Positions 25,357 to 32,000 of a stretch of 32,000 nucleotides of DNA are shown one piece after another (positions within the stretch are counted from its first letter, which is position 1; each line of letters opens with the position of its first letter). The position numbers and the translations under genes are program-made. Origin of the DNA: Candidatus Saganbacteria bacterium (GTDB taxonomy: Bacteria > Margulisbacteria > WOR-1 > JAKLHX01); NCBI GenBank assembly GCA_026387835.1, contig JAPLKZ010000005.1, forward strand, positions 210,001 to 242,000, written 5' to 3'. The notes under the pieces were generated by a model. The model was not told the origin of the DNA. It was given only the letters and a program-made list of their open reading frames with translations, and made no database searches.

Positions 25357-26409
25357 ATGATATACTTCATAGTCTTTTTCATATCAAGCGTATTAACTAT
25401 TCTTTTTGTGCCTTTTGCTAAAAAATCAGCGTTCCTGTTAAATGCGATCGACAAGCCTTCCGACAGGAAAGTCCATAAAAGTTCGATGCCCAGGCTTGGG
25501 GGACTGGCTATCTATTTAGGGTTCATGGCAGCGGTCCTGACAGGTCTTCTGATCGCCGTCATAAGGCATATGCACCTGAACTATCTGGCGATAACAGGCA
25601 TACTGCTCGGTTCTTCCCTGATGCTGATAGTCGGTATGTTCGATGACATGAAAAACATCCCGGCAACAAAAAAATTGCTCCTTCAAATATTGATCTCACT
25701 GGTCCCGATAATGTTCGGGGTCCAGATAACTTTCATTTCAAACCCGGTAACGGGGATCCTGTTGCTCGGTTTCATCTCGGTCCCGGTCACGATATTGTGG
25801 GTGGTCGGCATCACGAACGCGCTGAATTTTGTCGACGGGCTTGACGGTCTGGCTTCCGGTATAACCGCGATAGCCGCTACTACTCTATTTATTGTCGCGG
25901 TAAGGATACACCAGCCGGGGGCGGCGATACTTATGATAGCTCTTGCCGGCGCCACGGCAGGTTTTTTGCGCTATAATTTCAATCCGGCGTCGATATTTTT
26001 AGGCGATTCCGGAAGCCTTTTTCTGGGTTTTATGCTTGCGACCTGTTCGGTGATAGGCGTATTGAAAAGCTCGATGATACTGGCCCTGCTTATTCCGGCG
26101 TTCATAATGGGTATCCCTATCTTTGATGCCGCCTCTGTAATAATGAGGAGGGTGCGCGACGGGCGGCACATCTTCGACGCCGACAGGAGACACCTCCACC
26201 ACAGGCTTCTTGACAGAGGGTTCAGCCACAGGCAGGTCGTCCTTTCGATATACAGCGCCTGCATCCTGCTGAGCATCGGGACTTTGGCAGTAACATTTTT
26301 GAGGGTCTCCCACGCGCTGGTCGTGCTGGGCATAGTGGCAATAATTGTCTTTACCGTCTTTTATCAGATCAAAAAATACGTAAGAAAATACGTGGTACTG
26401 GAGAAATAA
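25357..26409 (+). CDS. WecA/TagO/MraY-family polyprenyl-phosphate N-acetylhexosamine-1-phosphate transferase
   Basis: 350 aa multi-pass; DKPSDRKVHKSSMPRLGGLAIYLG, NFVDGLDGLASG, FLGDSGSLFLGFMLA, RRVRDGRHIFDADRRHLHHRLLDRG. Confidence 0.92.
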   Translation: MIYFIVFFISSVLTILFVPFAKKSAFLLNAIDKPSDRKVHKSSMPRLGGLAIYLGFMAAVLTGLLIAVIRHMHLNYLAITGILLGSSLMLIVGMFDDMKNIPATKKLLLQILISLVPIMFGVQITFISNPVTGILLLGFISVPVTILWVVGITNALNFVDGLDGLASGITAIAATTLFIVAVRIHQPGAAILMIALAGATAGFLRYNFNPASIFLGDSGSLFLGFMLATCSVIGVLKSSMILALLIPAFIMGIPIFDAASVIMRRVRDGRHIFDADRRHLHHRLLDRGFSHRQVVLSIYSACILLSIGTLAVTFLRVSHALVVLGIVAIIVFTVFYQIKKYVRKYVVLEK

Positions 26410-26410
26410 A

Positions 26411-27586
26411 ATGCAGCAGTTAAAAAGAGTGATGTTCGCTTTCGGGACAAGGCCGGAGGCCATAAAAATAGCGCCGGTGATAAACGAGATCTACAAGCAC
26501 AGTGATATCTTCGCGCCGATAGTGGTCGTGACCGCGCAGCACAGGGAAATGCTCGACCAGACGCTCAAGATATTCGACATCAAGCCCGATTACGATCTGG
26601 ATATCATGGAGCAGGACCAGACTATTTCAAATATCGTAACTAAGACGCTGCAGGGTTTTGAGGATATCATTCTGCAGGAACGGCCGGACATGGTCATAGT
26701 CCAGGGAGACACGTCCACCGCTTTCGCGTCGGCGCTGGCCGCCTTCTACAGAAAAGTCCCGGTCGGACATATAGAAGCGGGGCTGCGGACAAAGAACAAG
26801 TTCAATCCCTTTCCAGAAGAGATGAACAGAAAACTTATTTCCGCGATCGCGGACATGCATTTTGCTCCGACGGAGATGTCGGTAAATAACCTGTTGAGCG
26901 AAAGTGTCTCCCGAAGTAATATTTTTCTTACCGGTAACACCGTGATCGATGCACTATTGTCTGTAGTTTCGAGACCGTATGATCTGAAGAGGTCTGGTGT
27001 CAGCATAAAACCCGGTAAAAAACTGATCCTGGTCACGACGCACCGCAGGGAAAGCTTCGGCATACCGATGCGGAACGCACTCGAAGCAATAGCAAAGATC
27101 GCAAAAAAATTCGGAGACGAAGTCCAGATCGTCCTTCCGGTCCATAAGAACCCGAACGTCAGGGACGTCGTTTTTGATGTGCTGGATAACCTGCCTAACG
27201 TCGATCTTGTCGAGCCGATGGATTATCTTCCTTTCGTGCATCTGATGAAGGAATCTTATATTATCCTTACGGATTCGGGCGGCATACAGGAAGAAGCTCC
27301 TTCGCTTGGGAAACCGGTCCTGGTGCTCAGGGAGATAACCGAAAGGCCGGAAGCGGTCCTCGCCGGCACGGTAAAAATTGTCGGAACGGATCCCGGCACA
27401 ATATTCAATGAGACCCAAAAGCTGTTAACGGACAAGGACGCTTACGATAAAATGTCGCATGCTGTGAACCCGTACGGTGACGGGAACGCTTCTTCAAGGA
27501 TAATCACCAGCCTGCTGAAACACTTCGGTTTCACAGACAGAAAAGTCGAGGAATTCGACTTCCGCAATATCGCGCCGAAGAACTGA
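26411..27586 (+). CDS. wecB: UDP-N-acetylglucosamine 2-epimerase (non-hydrolysing)
   Basis: 391 aa; FAFGTRPEAIKIAPVI, VVTAQHREMLDQTL, VQGDTSTAFASALAAFYRKVPVGHIEAGLRT, THRRESFG, DSGGIQEEAPSLGKPVLVLREITERPE. Confidence 0.95.
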   Translation: MQQLKRVMFAFGTRPEAIKIAPVINEIYKHSDIFAPIVVVTAQHREMLDQTLKIFDIKPDYDLDIMEQDQTISNIVTKTLQGFEDIILQERPDMVIVQGDTSTAFASALAAFYRKVPVGHIEAGLRTKNKFNPFPEEMNRKLISAIADMHFAPTEMSVNNLLSESVSRSNIFLTGNTVIDALLSVVSRPYDLKRSGVSIKPGKKLILVTTHRRESFGIPMRNALEAIAKIAKKFGDEVQIVLPVHKNPNVRDVVFDVLDNLPNVDLVEPMDYLPFVHLMKESYIILTDSGGIQEEAPSLGKPVLVLREITERPEAVLAGTVKIVGTDPGTIFNETQKLLTDKDAYDKMSHAVNPYGDGNASSRIITSLLKHFGFTDRKVEEFDFRNIAPKN

Positions 27587-27591
27587 ATTCA

Positions 27592-27798
27592 ATGGGCTTT
27601 TTCAAATACACCGATCTCGCCTTCAGGATCGCAGGGAACATAATAGCTCCTCCTCTTGTCGGGATATTTCTGGGCGGATTTCTCGATAAAAAATTCCATA
27701 CAACACCGGTGTTCATCCTGGTCCTTACAGTACTCGGTATAGCGGCGGGATTGAGGAGCCTGTTCAGGTTGTTTGATGAAGTGAAGGAAGAGAAGTAA
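27592..27798 (+). CDS. atpZ: AtpZ/AtpI family protein
   Basis: 68 aa two-helix membrane protein (APPLVGIFLGGFLDKKFHTTPVFILVLTVLGIAAGLRSLFRL), upstream of the F0 genes. Confidence 0.75.
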   Translation: MGFFKYTDLAFRIAGNIIAPPLVGIFLGGFLDKKFHTTPVFILVLTVLGIAAGLRSLFRLFDEVKEEK

Positions 27799-27809
27799 AA
27801 GGCAAACAG

Positions 27810-27830
27810 CAGTTAGCAGTACGCAGTACG
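27810..27830 (+). repeat. Heptanucleotide array CAGTTAG CAGTACG CAGTACG
   Basis: Three consecutive 7-mers between atpZ and the TA module. Confidence 0.7.
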
Positions 27831-27837
27831 GTAGGCA

Positions 27838-27867
27838 TTGACAAAAATATCCGATGTACGTTATTAT
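27838..27867 (+). promoter_or_regulatory. TA module promoter TTGACA-N18-TATTAT with ATGTACG direct repeats around the -10
   Basis: TTGACA 27838-27843; TATTAT 27862-27867; ATGTACG at 27854-27860 and 27866-27872. Confidence 0.6.
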
Positions 27868-27890
27868 GTACGAACAAAGGAGGGCCATAT

Positions 27891-28235
27891 ATGAGAGCAA
27901 AAACGACACTGTCCATTTCAGAGGCCAGAAAGAATATATTTGATATAGCGGAGCAAGTGCAAAAACCCAGCACTTATTATACTTTGACTGAAAACGGACG
28001 TCCGAAGGCAGTGGTGATGTCGGCGGAGGAGTTTGAGTCATGGACTGAAACGCTGGACGTTATCGCGGAATTCCCCGGACTGAAGAACAGCATAAAGGAA
28101 GCTGAAAAAGAATATAAAAGCGGCGATTATATAACTTTGGAAGACCTGCTGGAGAAGGAAGGCTATATTGTGAGAGGAAAAAAGCATGAAGTATTGCCTC
28201 GTAATACCAAAAAAAGTCCAAAAAGAAATAGGTAG
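27891..28235 (+). CDS. Phd/YefM-family antitoxin
   Basis: 114 aa; LSISEARKNIFDIAEQVQKPSTYYTLTENGRPKAVVMSAEEFESWTETLDVI; AAGGAGG Shine-Dalgarno. Confidence 0.88.
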   Translation: MRAKTTLSISEARKNIFDIAEQVQKPSTYYTLTENGRPKAVVMSAEEFESWTETLDVIAEFPGLKNSIKEAEKEYKSGDYITLEDLLEKEGYIVRGKKHEVLPRNTKKSPKRNR

Positions 28236-28437
28236 GATCGACAAAAAATACAAGGGCAAGATCCTTCTGGCATTAAAGATACTGGAAGAAGAACCTTATA
28301 CAGGCAAAAAGCTTGAAGGCGAATATAAAGGCAAATGGTCATATCGCGTATGGCCTTACAGGATAATATATGAAATCCATAAAAATGAGCTTATCATTCT
28401 TATTATTCATATCGGCCACAGACAGAGCGCTTATTAG
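28186..28437 (+). CDS. RelE/ParE-family toxin
   Basis: 83 aa; YCLVIPKKVQKEIGRIDKKYKGKILLALKILEEEPYTGKKLEGEYKGKWSYRVWPYRIIYEIHKNELIILIIHIGHRQSAY; directly paired with the antitoxin. Confidence 0.9.
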   Translation: MKYCLVIPKKVQKEIGRIDKKYKGKILLALKILEEEPYTGKKLEGEYKGKWSYRVWPYRIIYEIHKNELIILIIHIGHRQSAY

Positions 28438-28443
28438 AAAACG

Positions 28444-28499
28444 CAGTCGGCAGTCCGCAGTACGAACTGCGAGCTGCGTACGACGGACTGCGGTCCTCG
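28444..28499 (+). repeat. Heptanucleotide array, eight 7-mers with an internal orientation switch (CAGTCGG CAGTCCG CAGTACG AACTGCG AGCTGCG TACGACG GACTGCG GTCCTCG)
   Basis: Period of 7 bp; the last units resemble the reverse complement of the first, giving an imperfect hairpin. Confidence 0.75.
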
Positions 28500-28513
28500 A
28501 TATATAAATATCT

Positions 28514-28542
28514 TTGAAACAGAATATTTTTAATGATACAAT
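28514..28542 (+). promoter_or_regulatory. Predicted promoter TTGAAA-N17-TACAAT (extended TGA) directly before atpB
   Basis: TTGAAA 28514-28519; TGATACAAT 28534-28542; expected TSS about 28549; GTG start at 28551. Confidence 0.65.
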
Positions 28543-28550
28543 AATATATC

Positions 28551-29282
28551 GTGATACTTCAGATTGGCCAACATCCGACTTTCGAGATCAATAACATCTA
28601 TTTCAACCTTGATACTATTGTTTCGCTTTTGATCGTCTCGTCGTTTATAGTCCTGGCAGCGCTGGTCCTGCGCTTCACGGTATTGAGGAAGAGCGGAAGA
28701 CCGGTCTCGCTTCTACAAATGGCGGTCGAAGCGATATATAACTTCACAGAAAACATCTCTACGGGAATAATGGGGAATGCCGGACTCGTATATGTGAGCA
28801 TTGTTTCCACCCTGTTCATTTTGATATTTTTCTCGAATATTTTCGGACTGATCCCTGTCAACGCGGTCTACTCGCTGTTCTTTGAGAAACTGCTTGGACG
28901 GATCCCGGAGCTTTCGGCGCCAACATGTGATATCAACACCACCGCGGGACTGGCGGTCACCGTATTTCTGCTGATCCATTTTTTGGGCCTGAAAAACAAG
29001 GGATTAAGATATATGAAAAAGTTCTTCCAGCCGAATTTCTTCTTTTTCCCTATAAATGTCCTCGAAGAACTTGCCAAGCCGTTCTCGCTGGCGATAAGGC
29101 TTTTCGGCAACACATTCGGGAAGGAGACGATAATACTGGTCCTTGTGTCCATCACCGTTTTTCCGCTGTTATATCCTTTACCTGTGATGTTCCTGGACCT
29201 TTTCATCGGTACGATACAGGCGTTCATATTTTCGCTGCTCACTGCTTTTTATATTGCGGAAGCGGTATCTGAAGAACATTAG
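28551..29282 (+). CDS. atpB: F0F1 ATP synthase subunit a (GTG start)
   Basis: 243 aa multi-pass; [33 protein letters not shown]-type motif ([32 protein letters not shown]); [22 protein letters not shown]. Confidence 0.95.
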   Translation: [243 protein letters not shown]

Positions 29283-29301
29283 AAAGAAAGGGGGATAAAA
29301 A

Positions 29302-29556
29302 ATGGAAGGTCAAGCTCTGGTCCAGGCGGTCTCGGTCTTTTGCGCGGCGTTCAGCGTGGCCCTTGCGGCGATAGGTTCGGCTCTCGGACAGGGGAAGGCG
29401 ACAGCTTCGGCGCTCGAATCGATAGCAAGGCAGCCGGAGGCAAAGGGTTCGATCACCCAGCTGCTGATAGTGGCGCTGGCGTTCATCGAATCACTCACTC
29501 TGTACGCGCTGCTGATAGCGATAGTCCTGATATTTGCAAATCCGTTCGTGAAGTAA
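29302..29556 (+). CDS. atpE: F0F1 ATP synthase subunit c
   Basis: 84 aa; [58 protein letters not shown]. Confidence 0.97.
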   Translation: MEGQALVQAVSVFCAAFSVALAAIGSALGQGKATASALESIARQPEAKGSITQLLIVALAFIESLTLYALLIAIVLIFANPFVK

Positions 29557-29587
29557 ATATTGCGGTCCTTGGTCCGCAGGGTGAAAA

Positions 29588-30079
29588 ATGCTGGAAATTA
29601 ACGGCACGATAGTCGCGGTAATAATAAATTTTGCCGTGCTTGTCTGGATACTCAACAGTTTTCTGTACAAGCCGGTCAGGAATATCCTGCTGGAGAGAAA
29701 GAACAGGATAGAATCGGATACTGACGAAGCCCGGAAAAAGCTGAAAGATGCGGAAGATATAAAAGCCTCTTATGAGATAAAATTAAAGCAGTCGGGCGAT
29801 GAAGCAAAGAAGATAATCGATGCGGCAAATAATACGGCAGAAAGCCTGAAGACAGCCGCCCAGAAAGACGCTTCAGAAAATGCGGAAAAGTCAAGAAAAG
29901 ACGCGGAGGCGGAGGCCGAGAAAATAAAGACCGAAGCCTTTGACAGCGTGAGATCGCAGATATCTTCGATGGTGGTCATGGCCGCAGGGAAAGTGATCGA
30001 AAAGAATATCGATGCGGCTTCACAAAGCGCTTTGATAGACGAATTCATCGGAAAAATAGAAAAGGCAGGGCTTAACTGA
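29588..30079 (+). CDS. atpF: F0F1 ATP synthase subunit b
   Basis: 163 aa; N-terminal helix INFAVLVWILNSFLYKPVRNILLERK followed by a long charged coiled coil. Confidence 0.92.
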   Translation: MLEINGTIVAVIINFAVLVWILNSFLYKPVRNILLERKNRIESDTDEARKKLKDAEDIKASYEIKLKQSGDEAKKIIDAANNTAESLKTAAQKDASENAEKSRKDAEAEAEKIKTEAFDSVRSQISSMVVMAAGKVIEKNIDAASQSALIDEFIGKIEKAGLN

Positions 30080-30612
30080 TGGGCAGTACCGGTCAAAGAT
30101 ATGCCAAAGCTCTTATCGAAAGTGTCCCTGCTGCCGGGGATCTGCAGCGGGCGAAAGAGGATTTTAAATCTTTCCTGGAGACGTTAGACGCGTCAAAAGA
30201 ACTTAAGTTTGTTTTTATGAACCCGTCCGTCTCCAGGAAGACCGCGAAAGCGGTGCTGGAAGAAGTCCTTGAAAAAGGATCGGGGGAAATATTCAGGAAG
30301 TTCATCGGGGTCGTGATCGACAACGGCAGGCAGAAGATCATATACGAGATAAAAAATGATTTTGACCGCCTGTGCGACGAAGCGGCCGATATAATGAAGG
30401 TCACCGTAAAAAGCGCGGTGCCGTTAAGCCCGGACCAGGAAAAAAGGCTGAAAGAAAAATTGTCCCTGGCGACCGGCAAGGATGTCATAGTGGAAAATAT
30501 CATCGAAGCGTCGGTCATAGGAGGATGCACAGTGACCGTCAGGGACACGGTGGTGGACGGTTCCGTCAAAAATTATCTAAATAAGATGCAGGAGGCCTTG
30601 GCAAATGCTTAA
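30079..30612 (+). CDS. atpH: F0F1 ATP synthase subunit delta
   Basis: 177 aa; [10 protein letters not shown]..., C-terminal [56 protein letters not shown]. Confidence 0.93.
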   Translation: MGSTGQRYAKALIESVPAAGDLQRAKEDFKSFLETLDASKELKFVFMNPSVSRKTAKAVLEEVLEKGSGEIFRKFIGVVIDNGRQKIIYEIKNDFDRLCDEAADIMKVTVKSAVPLSPDQEKRLKEKLSLATGKDVIVENIIEASVIGGCTVTVRDTVVDGSVKNYLNKMQEALANA

Positions 30613-32000
30613 ACCGGATGAGATAACAGCGATAATACGCGGGCGGATAAAAGGTTTCTCAAAGGACCTGGATGTCTTTGAAAGCGGGGTCGTTACGGCT
30701 GCGGGTGACGGGGTCGCCACGGTATACGGCCTTTCAAACGTGATGTACAACGAGCTCATCGAATTCTCTTCGGGTGTGACTGGGATCGCTTTTTCTCTTC
30801 TCAGCGACTGCGTGGGATGCATCATCCTGGGGGACGCCGAAAAGATCAAGGAAGGCGATACGGTCAGGAGAACAAAAAAAGTCATGAGCATACCGGTGGG
30901 CGATGCTCTCATCGGAAGGGTGATAGATCCGCTCGGAAAACCTCTTGATGAAAAAGGACCGGTCCGGACGGCCGAATACAGGCCCATAGAAAGCCCTGCT
31001 CCGTCGGTCGTGGACAGGGAGCCCGTACAGGAACCGCTCCAGACAGGGATCAAAGCCATAGATTCGATGATCCCCATCGGAAGAGGGCAGAGAGAACTGA
31101 TAATCGGCGACAGGAGCATAGGCAAGACAGCTATAGCCATAGATACGATACTCAACCAGAAGGACAAAAGCGTTATCTGTATATATGTCGCGATAGGGCA
31201 GAAAGCCTCGAACGTAGCCCGCATAGTTGACATCCTTAATGAACACGGCGCCATGCAATATACAACGGTCATGTTCGCCGGAGCCAGCGACTCGCCGGCG
31301 CTTCAATACATCGCTCCTTACGCCGGATGCGCGATAGGCGAGCATTATCTTTACAGCGGCCGTCACGCGCTTTTGATATATGACGATCTTTCAAAGCACG
31401 CGGTCGCATACAGGCAGATCTCACTTCTGCTGCGCAGACCCCCGGGGCGTGAAGCTTATCCCGGCGATATCTTCTACCTGCATTCAAGGCTGCTTGAGAG
31501 AGCGAGCAAACTGAACAAAGAGCTCGGGTCAGGCTCCCTTACAGCGCTGCCGATAATCGAAACGCAGGAGGGCGATATTTCCGCTTATATCCCGACGAAC
31601 GTTATTTCAATAACCGACGGACAAATATATCTTGAAACGGACCTTTTTAATTCGGACGTTAAACCGGCCATCAATGTCGGGCTTTCAGTCTCAAGGGTGG
31701 GCGGCTCGGCCCAGATAAGCGCCATGAAAAAAGTAGCCGGAAGGCTGCGGCTTGACCTGGCCCAGTACAGGGAACTCGCGGCGTTCTCCCAGTTCTCGGC
31801 GGATATCGACAAGAGCACCGGCCAGCAGCTTCTCCGCGGGGAAAAACTTACCGAACTTCTGAAACAGCCGCAATACCGGCCCATGGACGCGGTGGACCAG
31901 GTTATATCTATTTTTGCCGGGACAAAAGGATATCTGGATGATATCGAGAACTCGGAGATAGCCGCGTTCGAATCCGAATTATTAAGTTTTATGAAAAGCA
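30605..32000 (+). CDS. atpA: F0F1 ATP synthase subunit alpha, truncated by window edge
   Basis: Manual translation: [46 protein letters not shown]...[25 protein letters not shown]...[71 protein letters not shown]. Confidence 0.97.
   Translation, partial: MLKPDEITAIIRGRIKGFSKDLDVFESGVVTAAGDGVATVYGLSNVMYNELIEFSSGVTGIAFSLLSDCVGCIILGDAEKIKEGDTVRRTKKVMSIPVGDALIGRVIDPLGKPLDEKGPVRTAEYRPIESPAPSVVDREPVQEPLQTGIKAIDSMIPIGRGQRELIIGDRSIGKTAIAIDTILNQKDKSVICIYVAIGQKASNVARIVDILNEHGAMQYTTVMFAGASDSPALQYIAPYAGCAIGEHYLYSGRHALLIYDDLSKHAVAYRQISLLLRRPPGREAYPGDIFYLHSRLLERASKLNKELGSGSLTALPIIETQEGDISAYIPTNVISITDGQIYLETDLFNSDVKPAINVGLSVSRVGGSAQISAMKKVAGRLRLDLAQYRELAAFSQFSADIDKSTGQQLLRGEKLTELLKQPQYRPMDAVDQVISIFAGTKGYLDDIENSEIAAFESELLSFMKS

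Noticed and set aside
30577-31366. Long minus-strand ORFs (231 aa and 210 aa)
   Set aside because: Antisense to atpA. They look like shadow ORFs of the coding strand and show no domains.
1-32000. tRNA, rRNA, transposase, integrase, phage or CRISPR-Cas genes
   Set aside because: I saw no convincing signature in intergenic regions or translations. Intergenic space is small and mostly explained by promoters and repeats. A tRNAscan/Rfam run was not possible.

Overview
This 32 kb window looks like ordinary chromosome from a bacterium that is not a close relative of a common model organism. I do not assign a lineage. It is densely packed with housekeeping genes. Minus strand: guaA (partial), a CBS-less guaB3-type IMPDH, a YgiT-type zinc-finger protein, a phosphohexomutase and a class A PBP. 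Plus strand: two lipoproteins, glyA-ftsE-ftsX-PpiC/SurA-like, aroQ-M24 peptidase-ispD-split TauE/SafE-trpE-rodA-glyQ, a poorly characterised block (TIM-barrel-like protein, secreted metallophosphoesterase, DUF4127, FAD oxidoreductase, HExxH protein, 36-aa basic peptide), wecA/tagO-like and wecB genes, then atpZ / Phd-RelE toxin-antitoxin / atpB-E-F-H-A (partial). I saw no rRNA, tRNA, CRISPR or transposase. The best second-look items are: (1) repeated promoter-to-start spacing that predicts leaderless or nearly leaderless mRNAs (guaA, atpB, wecA-like, mrcA, glyQ, a lipoprotein, ygiT-like); (2) a TA module with its own promoter inserted inside the ATP synthase operon and flanked by heptanucleotide repeat arrays, with another 7-bp-period array inside the 3' end of the DUF4127 gene; (3) a 26-bp perfect duplication that repeats the aroQ start region and creates a promoter-proximal 27-codon leader ORF; (4) divergent promoters with -35 boxes offset by one base; (5) a TauE/SafE permease split into two translationally coupled half genes; (6) the 20.6-25.3 kb block of uncharacterised genes. 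There is no obvious, clearly novel defence or mobile system.
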